Source of the DNA: an uncultured Pseudomonadales bacterium
GTDB taxonomy: Bacteria > Patescibacteriota > Microgenomatia > UBA1400 > PJMF01
DNA: 64,000 nucleotides
Direction: 5' to 3'
Assembly (NCBI GenBank): GCA_964650185.1
Contig: CAZYRN010000003.1
Span: forward strand, 2,025 to 66,024
Under the pieces are notes generated by a model. The model was given only the letters and a program-made list of their open reading frames with translations, was not told the origin of the DNA and ran no database searches. Positions within the stretch are counted from its first letter, which is position 1. Every line of letters starts with the position of its first letter. Position numbers and translations under genes: made by a program. Positions 27,128-37,217 of the stretch are shown one piece after another.

Positions 27128-28083
27128 CTTTACTGCAGCGCCTTATTCCAGTTAATTTACTCGAGGAAAAAGAAAAGTTTATGGCGGATCAGACCTATAA
27201 TCCTCAGTTTATTTACGAAGAACCAGTGCCAGCAGATTTTTTAACTAAATATGGCCAGCCCCAACAGAACAAGCTGGACTTGGCTAAGACTATTGTAGAT
27301 CGAGCTTTTAGCCAAAATAATGCTACCGCGTTAAGAGAAACAGAAGGAAGAATCCTGTCACAGGATGAAACAGAGCGGCAAATCAAGCGGTTTTTAAGAC
27401 TTCATCAACTGGAAGACAGATTTAATTTAACTTGGTCCAGTTCGTTTGTAATTCGCACTTCGATCTCATCGAATACGATTAAGCTTAGACATCCAGCCAA
27501 GTTTCGCCAAGATGGCTTGCTGGGCATGCTTTACCATGAGATCGGGACCCACATCTTACGGCGCATTAATTATGAGCAGCAGCCTTGGTATAAGAAGAAA
27601 AAGAAATATGGCTTTCAAGAGTATCTGTTTACCGAAGAAGGCTTGGCTATTTTAAATGGTCTCTTGCCTAAAAAGTTTCAACTTGCGTATAAGTCGGCAC
27701 TAAAATACTTGGGTGTAGCAGCTGCTCAGGAAAAATCTTTCGCTGAGCTCTGGTCTTTCTTTGAAAAATATGCTGATGAACCTAGCCGACGGTGGGGGAT
27801 GACTTTTCGTCAAAAACGCGGCCTTGAAGATACCAGTCAGCCTGGAGGATTTACTAAAGATATTACCTACTTTGAAGGCCTGGTAGATGTCTGGCGATAT
27901 TTAAAGAGTCAAGACTTTAATCCTACTGAGCTTTATTACGGTAAATTAGCTTATCAAGATGTCGATAAAGCCCGCCAGCTTAATCCAGATTATCAGCCGA
28001 TTCTTCCCAGCTTCTACTTAGTTGATCCAGAAAAATACGCCGCAGAACTAGCCAAAATTGGCCGGCTGAACTATTTGGATTAA
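27124..28083 (+). CDS. DUF1704 / MATCAP-like metallocarboxypeptidase
   Basis: YNPQFIY, HEIGTH (HExxxH), TEEGLA, RQKRG.EDTS.PG.F.KD..Y. Confidence 0.88.
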   Translation: MTLLQRLIPVNLLEEKEKFMADQTYNPQFIYEEPVPADFLTKYGQPQQNKLDLAKTIVDRAFSQNNATALRETEGRILSQDETERQIKRFLRLHQLEDRFNLTWSSSFVIRTSISSNTIKLRHPAKFRQDGLLGMLYHEIGTHILRRINYEQQPWYKKKKKYGFQEYLFTEEGLAILNGLLPKKFQLAYKSALKYLGVAAAQEKSFAELWSFFEKYADEPSRRWGMTFRQKRGLEDTSQPGGFTKDITYFEGLVDVWRYLKSQDFNPTELYYGKLAYQDVDKARQLNPDYQPILPSFYLVDPEKYAAELAKIGRLNYLD

Positions 28084-28096
28084 AATTAACTTAAAC

Positions 28097-28495
28097 ATGA
28101 CCCAAATTTTACTGTTCGACTTTTTCAATACCCTTTACTTTCCCCAACATCTTCGCGAACCACTTAACCAAGAATTGATTGAGTTTGTCCGCCAGCATGC
28201 CAGCCAGCATCCCAGCTATATTTTCACTTCAGCCGCACCCATTTTTCTAGAACGACAGCGGTCAAAGCTGGTGCCGCCGTTTATTGATCTTTTTTCCAGC
28301 AAAAAAATCGGCTCTAAGAATGATCCTCAGAGTTACCTCCAACTGGCAGATCAGCTGCAGCTAACACCTGCTGAAATTATCTTTGTTGATGATGGTGAAA
28401 CTAAACTGGCGGCAGCGACCACAGCAGGGTTGATAACAGTTCATTACACCACTAATGACCAGGTCATTAGACAGCTCACTCAACTTCTCTCATGA
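28097..28495 (+). CDS. small capless HAD-superfamily hydrolase
   Basis: LLFDFFNTL motif I (second Asp missing), FTS, K, FVDD motif IV. Confidence 0.75.
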   Translation: MTQILLFDFFNTLYFPQHLREPLNQELIEFVRQHASQHPSYIFTSAAPIFLERQRSKLVPPFIDLFSSKKIGSKNDPQSYLQLADQLQLTPAEIIFVDDGETKLAAATTAGLITVHYTTNDQVIRQLTQLLS

Positions 28496-29265
28496 TTTCC
28501 GCACTCTATAAACCGCTCGGCGCTTCTACCCACCAGCTAGCTCAGCGCTGGGGAGAGTTGCAGCAGCAGTCCACAACTCACACTGGTACTCTAGATCCCA
28601 TGGCAGATGGGGTGGTAATCGTTTTGAGTGGTCTAGATCGTTTCAACAAAACTGCCTTGTCCAACTGGCAAAAAACCTATCAATTTGAGATTTGGTGGGG
28701 AGTGCAAACAGACTCACTGGACTTGTTGGGTTTAACTACCAAAATTGCCAAATTTGATCTGAATCAATTTCCCTCAACCGGCCTGGATACTGATCAATTA
28801 CAGGATCAGCTAGCTATGGTTCTGCCAAAATTTTTAGGTCCACAGCCGCAGACCTTGCCTCACTTTGCTGCCAAACGCATGGCCGGCCAATCTTATTTTG
28901 ACTTGGCTAAAAGAGGAGAGAAGTTTCAACCAGCTGTAGAAGAAGTTGTCATTCATCAACTGCAGCTACTAGCTAATTTTTCCTTAGCTAAAAACCAGCT
29001 TCATCAAATCATCCAGCAACGGCTTTCTTTGGTTGAAGGTGATTTTCGCCAAACAGAGATTTTAGCTAACTGGGCCAACCAAATTCCTCAACTGCCGCCG
29101 CAGCTATTTGTTTCGCGCCTAATCGCCACTACTTCCAAACGCACTTACATCCGCGCCTTAGTTCGTGATTTAGCTTTGGCAGTGGGTCTGCCCGCTACTA
29201 CCTTTGCTTTAACTCGGACTCAAAATGGACCTTATGGCATCCAAGATTGCCTGTGCCTGATCTAA
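28492..29265 (+). CDS. truB: tRNA pseudouridine 55 synthase (short, no PUA domain)
   Basis: YKPLG, HTGTLDPMADGV, TYIRAL, LTRT..G. Confidence 0.85.
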   Translation: MISALYKPLGASTHQLAQRWGELQQQSTTHTGTLDPMADGVVIVLSGLDRFNKTALSNWQKTYQFEIWWGVQTDSLDLLGLTTKIAKFDLNQFPSTGLDTDQLQDQLAMVLPKFLGPQPQTLPHFAAKRMAGQSYFDLAKRGEKFQPAVEEVVIHQLQLLANFSLAKNQLHQIIQQRLSLVEGDFRQTEILANWANQIPQLPPQLFVSRLIATTSKRTYIRALVRDLALAVGLPATTFALTRTQNGPYGIQDCLCLI

Positions 29266-29326
29266 ATGCCGATGTCTGATTTAAATATCCGACTTTTCTT
29301 GCCACCATTGATATAATGACTGCCTG

Positions 29327-30406
29327 ATGACAAATACCAAAAAGCGCGTCGCGCTGGGAATGTCTGGCGGTGTTGACTCATCCCTTTCGGCTCACTTATT
29401 GATCGAGCAAGGGTATGAAGTTGTTGGAGTTTACCTCGAGTGTTGGCGAGCTCCTGGTTGCCGGACTGATCAGGATCGGCAGGATGCGTTGAAAGTTGCT
29501 TTAGAGCTCGGCATGCCATTTCAAGTTTTGGACTTTAAACAGCAATACCGCCATCAAGTGGTGGAGTATTTCTTTAACGAATACAAAGCTGGCCGCACCC
29601 CTAATCCAGACGTAATGTGCAACAAAGAAATTAAGTTTGGCTTATTTTATGACTGGGCTATGACTCATGATTTTGATTATGTTGCCACTGGTCACTACGC
29701 TAAGTCAACTGAAGCAGGCGAACTGCTGATTCCGAAGGATGACTGGAAAGATCAGACTTACTTTTTATATCTGCTGACTCAAGATCAGTTGCAGCACACT
29801 CTCTTTCCTTTGGCAAAATTAACTAAAGACGAGGTCCGAGCCGAAGCCGAACGGCGCGGCATTCACGTGGCAGAGAAAAAAGACTCAGTTGGCATCTGCT
29901 TTATTGGGGATATTGATGTGCGCGAGTTCTTACGCGAACGGCTAGGGGAGAAGCCAGGCGAAGTGGTTGACCACCAAGGCAATGTGCTGGGTTCACATCA
30001 GGGAGTCTGGTTTTACACCATTGGTCAGCGGCACGGTTTCACCATTCATCCTAAATCTCAAATCACTCAAGCTGATGGCCAGGTAGTAGAGCGGACTAAC
30101 TTGCCGCCGTTTTATGTGATTGGTAAAGATGCGGTCAAAAACCAGCTGGTGGTTGGATTTGGCGCGGATGCTTATCGTCAGACATTTGCTTTTACAGATC
30201 TGCATTTAATTGATGAAGGTGCCAGGCTACCGACACAGCTTTTAGCCAGAATTAGGCATACCGGTGAAAAAATTCCGGCTCAGATTGAAGACAATCGGGT
30301 CAAGTTAGCTAAAGAAGTCAAAGGAATTTCTCCAGGTCAAAGCGTAGTGTTTTATGCGGAGACTCAGGATGGAGTGAAGTGTCTGGGCGGAGCGGTGATA
30401 AATTGA
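29327..30406 (+). CDS. mnmA: tRNA 2-thiouridine(34) synthase
   Basis: SGGVDS, TPNPDVMCN, ATGHY, KDQTYFL, DSVGICF, PGQS. Confidence 0.96.
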   Translation: MTNTKKRVALGMSGGVDSSLSAHLLIEQGYEVVGVYLECWRAPGCRTDQDRQDALKVALELGMPFQVLDFKQQYRHQVVEYFFNEYKAGRTPNPDVMCNKEIKFGLFYDWAMTHDFDYVATGHYAKSTEAGELLIPKDDWKDQTYFLYLLTQDQLQHTLFPLAKLTKDEVRAEAERRGIHVAEKKDSVGICFIGDIDVREFLRERLGEKPGEVVDHQGNVLGSHQGVWFYTIGQRHGFTIHPKSQITQADGQVVERTNLPPFYVIGKDAVKNQLVVGFGADAYRQTFAFTDLHLIDEGARLPTQLLARIRHTGEKIPAQIEDNRVKLAKEVKGISPGQSVVFYAETQDGVKCLGGAVIN

Positions 30407-30419
30407 GATTAATTCGCCA

Positions 30420-31538
30420 TTAACTGTTTTGTGATTGAAATATTTGGCTGTGAATTTCAATCCTGGCCCCAACCGGCTTTCCATTATCGTCAAAAATCGT
30501 ACCACAGATCATCTCTGTCCCTGGAAAATCATGATTAAGAGCTTGGTGTAGTTCTGATAAACCGATACCCTGCCCTGAAGCCACTTCACTCCAGTTACTC
30601 ACTCCCTTAGCGGGAACGAACTCCAATAACTCTGCTCCGTCCAGCTCGCTATAAATTATTTCGGATCCTAGCTCATTTACACCATTCATTTTTTGAGCAT
30701 TGGGAAACCCTACTGCTGCATCGGTGAAGGAAATTATCAATTTATCCGCTCTAACAGCAAATTCGACCCATAGCTTTGTTGGATATCGCTCAGCCAATTC
30801 TTCATCAGACAGTTCTTCTTGTGTGGCTTTGACCCGGTATGCCTTAGATAGGTTCTGTAGAATGTTAAAAAAAACTCGACTCATCACTGGAAAGTTGATG
30901 TTGGTCCATAAATTATTATTCTCCAAAAAATTATCTGGATCATCCACAGAAAATATAATAAAATTTTTCGACGCTTCAGTTGCTGTCTGACGATTGATTA
31001 TCTTTCTTAGTTTATTGACTAGACTAATGAGTGGCTCAGAATGAAGAGGTATACCAAATGTTTCTATACGAAATGCGTTTAGGGTAGCTAGAGCACCCTC
31101 CACACCTTCTTGAATTTGGTATAAAAAAGCTTGATCACCATAGTCTTTGTAGAGCGAAATAAAACCAACAAAATTTTGAATCGAGTTGCCTAGATCATGA
31201 AAAAAAAGAGTTAGGTAATCTATTTTCTCAAAAATATCACCAGAGTATTGACTCCCTCTCATTTCCTTCAACATCTGATCAAATCTATTCCTGGTTTTCA
31301 TAAAAAGATCGACAAATTCATTTCGCTGTTGAACTTGTTTCTTAACCTTATCCTCGGCATCACTCGCATGAATCAAAATCGGATCCGCTTGGAATTTTTC
31401 TAAAATTTCCCGCCACTGCTTAGCTTGATCTTGAAAATATCTTATTTCTCCCCTCACCTCCTCTTCACTTAAGCCCTGTTTTTCGACTCCTACATCACTG
31501 TTTAACTCATCTTGCTCGGGAATAGTTTGTTCAGTCAT
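30420..31538 (-). CDS. orphan histidine-kinase-like protein
   Basis: FHDLGNS H-box, NILQN N-box, D..VG and GQGIGL G-boxes; no TM segment. Confidence 0.6.
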   Translation of the reverse strand: MTEQTIPEQDELNSDVGVEKQGLSEEEVRGEIRYFQDQAKQWREILEKFQADPILIHASDAEDKVKKQVQQRNEFVDLFMKTRNRFDQMLKEMRGSQYSGDIFEKIDYLTLFFHDLGNSIQNFVGFISLYKDYGDQAFLYQIQEGVEGALATLNAFRIETFGIPLHSEPLISLVNKLRKIINRQTATEASKNFIIFSVDDPDNFLENNNLWTNINFPVMSRVFFNILQNLSKAYRVKATQEELSDEELAERYPTKLWVEFAVRADKLIISFTDAAVGFPNAQKMNGVNELGSEIIYSELDGAELLEFVPAKGVSNWSEVASGQGIGLSELHQALNHDFPGTEMICGTIFDDNGKPVGARIEIHSQIFQSQNS

Positions 31539-31580
31539 ATGCCTTAAATATATCTAACTATTTACCCTTTATCCACCCCA

Positions 31581-31608
31581 TTGACCCCCCACCTCAATTT
31601 GGTATAAT
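31581..31608 (+). promoter_or_regulatory. rRNA promoter
   Basis: TTGACC-N16-TATAAT with TG extension. Confidence 0.75.
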
Positions 31609-31724
31609 GACAATCCTGACGAGGTTAAAGTCCGCTTCGGATACTGATCTTCGCGGTTTCACATTAAGTGAGAGTTCTAAATAAGCTAACAGCATTCCCA
31701 TCTGGAATACTGCTTAACTTTTTC

Positions 31725-31737
31725 TGTTCATTAACAA
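31725..31737 (+). promoter_or_regulatory. boxA-like antitermination element
   Basis: TGTTCATTAACAA in the rRNA leader, resembling TGCTCTTTAACA. Confidence 0.5.
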
Positions 31738-31920
31738 GTTAAGAGTGCCAAATATATAGACCAATCATGTCTGTTTCAGACATGGTGGTAGAAAACGCTA
31801 ATTCAAAAGATAACGAAAACAAATAATGTCCTTCGCGGGACATTAAAACAATAAGAGCCTAAATTTCTCTTCGTGTTCCCACATTGAAGAGAAACTCGAA
31901 AACCAAACTTCTGTGGAAGT

Positions 31921-33419
<1,499 letters not shown>

Positions 33420-33584
33420 CTAAGGAGTAGGGTGGGAGAATCACGACCTCCCTATCCCGTTCATGCAGTAATGCGGAACGAAAAATAAAAAGACCTGAGA
33501 TCACCATATCCAGGCTGAAAAAACGTTTCTACCACCATGTTTGGATCAGAGATTTGTCAAAAAATATAATTTCTGGCACGAAAT

Positions 33585-33615
33585 AAAAAAACCGCTTGTA
33601 GCAGGCGGTTTTTTT
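33585..33615. terminator. bidirectional intrinsic terminator after 16S
   Basis: A7-CCGCTTG..CAGGCGG-T7. Confidence 0.85.
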
Positions 33616-33895
33616 ATGCCTTCTCATCCTGCTGCTGATTACGAAATCAATAAAAAAATATAAGGTTTGGGAACTCCAAGCAACCCAGAGGGCCAAATAG
33701 TCAGTGAGTTGAGAAGACCTAATTATTTCACCAAAAAATCTTAATCGCCACCACCTGAGGCACGTAAGAGGCCAGCGCTACCTTCAGCATCTGCAGATAA
33801 TTTATTAATCTTTCTTTTTCTGAAGCCTGTATATCAACGGGCGGCAAGTCATACCAAGACTTAAAACTGCGCTGACGAGGCCGCTCCTCATTCAT
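33614..33895 (-). pseudogene. possible disrupted small membrane protein
   Basis: 55-codon ORF from ATG 33895; hydrophobic continuation in +1 frame after a T6 run; in-frame TAA at 33614 next to the terminator. Confidence 0.3.
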
Positions 33896-33946
33896 GTAAA
33901 TAGCTTAGTTGGTTACGGTAAGGAAATGGCAAGAAGCTGGTCGGAG

Positions 33947-34279
33947 TTAAGTAACTCGGTTTGCTCTTAATTTAATTAGTTCTCGAATGGAAGTTGCTAA
34001 CATCATGGCAAGAAATGCCCGTGTGGTGGAAAATTCCTTGTCACCGGCGGCTGTAAATAATAAGTAGAATACAATTGTTAAAAGATAATTATGAATAAAT
34101 TCTGTTGTCACCTCTCTTAACTCAATTCTTTGACGCATTCTTTCAATTCTTTTCACCATATCAGCGATTGATATACTCTGATCTGCATCCATCTGAGCCA
34201 TCAGCTCCTCTAGGGTTTTCGGCTTAAGTAATTTATCACTCGAAATGTCAGGCCCACGCTTGCGATGATTTTGATCCAT
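33947..34279 (-). CDS. hypothetical two-TM protein
   Basis: ORF with charged N-terminus and two hydrophobic helices. Confidence 0.6.
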   Translation of the reverse strand: MDQNHRKRGPDISSDKLLKPKTLEELMAQMDADQSISIADMVKRIERMRQRIELREVTTEFIHNYLLTIVFYLLFTAAGDKEFSTTRAFLAMMLATSIRELIKLRANRVT

Positions 34280-34344
34280 TTTTATGTATATTTATATACT
34301 AGTATATATATTGATGTATCAATGAGAATTTTCACAAGCTTATT

Positions 34345-34371
34345 TTAGCACTCTAACCCCTGCTCTGCCAA
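34345..34371. promoter_or_regulatory. CIRCE element upstream of clpB
   Basis: TTAGCACTC-N9-CTCTGCCAA, perfect left arm. Confidence 0.7.
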
Positions 34372-34442
34372 TTACCACTTCACAGATTTTAGGCTAAAGG
34401 TTAAAATTAAAGCCGGTGTATTAGTTTACTATTAATCTATAT

Positions 34443-37007
34443 ATGGCATTTGATCCCAACCAACTCACTACTAAATCTGCTGAAGCTGTCCAGGAAGCAA
34501 TGCAGCTGGCAGGCCAGCTTAATCATGCGGAAATTACTCCTTGGCATTTACTAAAAGTACTAGTTGAGCAGCCCAATGGCATTGTGCCGTCACTTTTGCA
34601 AAGACTTAACATCAATCCTGCCTCAATTTCCGATCAGCTTTCAGCTCAACTGACTTCTCTCCCAACTGTCTCCAGCCCAACTAAATCTTTAGTCTCCACT
34701 GATTTAAATAAAGCACTTAATACGGCTGAAACCGAAGCCGGCAAGCTCAATGATGAGTTTATCAGCACTGAACATCTTTTCTTAGGCTTACTTCAATTGA
34801 CTGAAGTGAAAGACTTGCTTAAGATTGATGATCAAGCGGTCAGGCAGGAATTAGCTGAAGTGAGAGGTTCGCAGCGAGTCACAGATCGTGACCCAGAAGA
34901 CAAGTATCAAGCTTTAGAAAAATACACCATTGATTTTACGCAGCTGGCTAGCGAAGGTAAGATTGATCCTGTCATTGGTCGCGACCAAGAAATTAGACGC
35001 ATCACCCAAATTCTTTCTCGCCGCACTAAAAACAATCCTGTTTTGGTCGGGGAGCCTGGGACTGGTAAGACCGCCATCGTCGAAGGCCTAGCAAAAAAAA
35101 TTGTTGACCGGGATGTGCCTGACGCTTTGCTTAATAAAAAGATTTTATCTTTAGATTTGGGAGCTTTAATCGCCGGCAGTAAATACCGCGGTGAGTTTGA
35201 AGATCGCCTCAAAGCGGTCATTAAAGAAATTGAAAAGTCAGCCGGTCAGATTATTCTTTTTATCGACGAGCTGCACACGATTGTCGGTGCTGGAGCTCAG
35301 GAAGGCAGTACCGATGCTGGTAATTTATTAAAGCCAGCTTTAGCTCGGGGTACTTTACAAACAGTGGGCGCGACCACTCTCCAAGAGTATCGCAAGTATG
35401 TCGAAAAGGACGCTGCTTTAGAACGCCGCTTCCAGCCGATTATGATCAACGAGCCTTCAGTTGAAGATGCTATTTCTATTTTGCGCGGCATTAAGGATAA
35501 ATATGAATCTCATCACGGAGTGCGTATCCGCGACAACGCTTTAGTCGCCGCCGTTAAACTCTCCGATCGCTACATCGCCGACCGCTTTTTGCCAGACAAA
35601 GCCATCGACTTAATGGATGAGGCTGCTTCAGCTATCAGAATTGAGATTGATAGCAAGCCGGCTGAACTGGATGCACTAGAAAGAAAAATCCGTCAGTTAG
35701 AAATTGAAAAGGAGGCTCTTAAGAAAGAACAAGATCAGCAATCTAAAAAACGCTTAAAAGATTTGGAAAAAGAGTTAGCTGATCTGAAAGAAAAATATCG
35801 AGAATTGGAAACTCATTGGCAAAATGAAAAGCAGTCCATTGACCAGATTAAACTGATTAATCAAGAAATGGATGAGCTGCGAGCTGAGGCTGAAAGGGCG
35901 GAAAGAGATCTAGATTTGCAGCGAGTGGCAGAAATTAACTACGGCCAACTTCCAGAACTAGAAAAAAAGCTGTCTGCCGCTCAAGAGTCATTAGCTAAAA
36001 CCCAATCCAATAAACAAATTTTGCGGGAAGAAGTAACCGAGCAGGATATTGCACGGATTGTGGCACGCTGGACTAATATTCCAGTCGAGAAAATGCTGGA
36101 AAGTGAAAGCCAAAAGTTGGCCCAGATGGAGAAACTACTGGCTAAGCGAGTAATTGGTCAAGAAGAAGCGGTGCAAGCGGTCGCTAATGCCATTCGCCGC
36201 AGCCGTGCTGATCTCAAAGAAGAGGGGAGACCAATTGGTTCATTTCTCTTCCTCGGTCCAACTGGCGTGGGTAAAACAGAGCTGGCCAAAGCCTTAGCTG
36301 AATTTATGTTTGATGATGAAAACAAACTGATTAGAATTGATATGAGCGAGTACATGGAACAGCATTCAGTGGCGCGTTTGGTGGGGTCGCCACCCGGTTA
36401 TGTTGGCTATGAAGAAGGCGGTCAGCTGACAGAATCGGTCAGACGCAATCCTTACACCATCATCTTGTTGGATGAGATCGAAAAAGCCCATAATCAGGTC
36501 TTTAACATTCTGCTGCAAGTTTTAGATGATGGCCGACTGACTGATAGTAAAGGCCGGACAGTTGACTTTAAAAACACTGTCATTATTATGACGTCAAATT
36601 TAGGCACAGAATTGATTCAGGAACAAAAAGATCGGGATCAGCTTCAGACACAAGTTCAGCAGCTCCTCCAGCAAGCATTTCGACCAGAATTCTTAAATCG
36701 GATTGATGACATCGTCATCTTTGACCCTCTCTCTGAAAAAGAACTAGAAAAAATCATTGAACTGCAGCTGCAGCTAGTCGAGGAAAGATTGGCTGAAAAG
36801 CAAATCAAGCTCACTGTGACGCCGGCTGCCAAAAAGTACTTGGCTGAAGCTGGCTTTAGCCCTACTTTTGGCGCCAGACCACTGAAACGATTAATTCAAA
36901 ACACCATCTTGGATGAACTTTCCATGGGGATCATTGAAGGAGAAATTACTGAAAATAGCGCGGTGACAGTTGACTACCAAAAAGGGAAAATCATCCTTCA
37001 GAATTAA
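34443..37007 (+). CDS. clpB: ATP-dependent chaperone ClpB
   Basis: Clp N repeats, GEPGTGKT, coiled-coil middle domain, [20 protein letters not shown]. Confidence 0.97.
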   Translation: MAFDPNQLTTKSAEAVQEAMQLAGQLNHAEITPWHLLKVLVEQPNGIVPSLLQRLNINPASISDQLSAQLTSLPTVSSPTKSLVSTDLNKALNTAETEAGKLNDEFISTEHLFLGLLQLTEVKDLLKIDDQAVRQELAEVRGSQRVTDRDPEDKYQALEKYTIDFTQLASEGKIDPVIGRDQEIRRITQILSRRTKNNPVLVGEPGTGKTAIVEGLAKKIVDRDVPDALLNKKILSLDLGALIAGSKYRGEFEDRLKAVIKEIEKSAGQIILFIDELHTIVGAGAQEGSTDAGNLLKPALARGTLQTVGATTLQEYRKYVEKDAALERRFQPIMINEPSVEDAISILRGIKDKYESHHGVRIRDNALVAAVKLSDRYIADRFLPDKAIDLMDEAASAIRIEIDSKPAELDALERKIRQLEIEKEALKKEQDQQSKKRLKDLEKELADLKEKYRELETHWQNEKQSIDQIKLINQEMDELRAEAERAERDLDLQRVAEINYGQLPELEKKLSAAQESLAKTQSNKQILREEVTEQDIARIVARWTNIPVEKMLESESQKLAQMEKLLAKRVIGQEEAVQAVANAIRRSRADLKEEGRPIGSFLFLGPTGVGKTELAKALAEFMFDDENKLIRIDMSEYMEQHSVARLVGSPPGYVGYEEGGQLTESVRRNPYTIILLDEIEKAHNQVFNILLQVLDDGRLTDSKGRTVDFKNTVIIMTSNLGTELIQEQKDRDQLQTQVQQLLQQAFRPEFLNRIDDIVIFDPLSEKELEKIIELQLQLVEERLAEKQIKLTVTPAAKKYLAEAGFSPTFGARPLKRLIQNTILDELSMGIIEGEITENSAVTVDYQKGKIILQN

Positions 37008-37042
37008 CGACTCTGTGATACAATAAAAAACTCTGCAACACA

Positions 37043-37116
37043 GGGTGTGTAGCTCAGTTGGTTAGAGCGCAGTCCTGATAAGACTGAGGTCCCTCGTTCG
37101 AGTCGAGGCACACCCA
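37043..37116 (+). tRNA. tRNA-Ile(GAT)
   Basis: GGGTGTG/CACACCC acceptor, CAGTC-CTGATAA-GACTG anticodon arm, GTTCGAGTC. Confidence 0.95.
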
Positions 37117-37178
37117 CCCTCACTTTAAAATCACAACTTAATGTCATTAAACTAACCTCTTGTCTATGTGATTTCCCA

Positions 37179-37212
37179 TTGCCAATTAGCAGTCAAGCGT
37201 TTAGAATGCTAA
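37179..37212 (+). promoter_or_regulatory. lon promoter with overlapping CIRCE
   Basis: TTGCCA-N17-TAGAAT; TTAGCAGTC-N9-GAATGCTAA at 37186-37212. Confidence 0.8.
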
Positions 37213-37217
37213 TTGCT

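Noticed and set aside
31569-31577. DnaA-box-like TTATCCACC
   Set aside because: single mismatched copy with no cluster; not an origin
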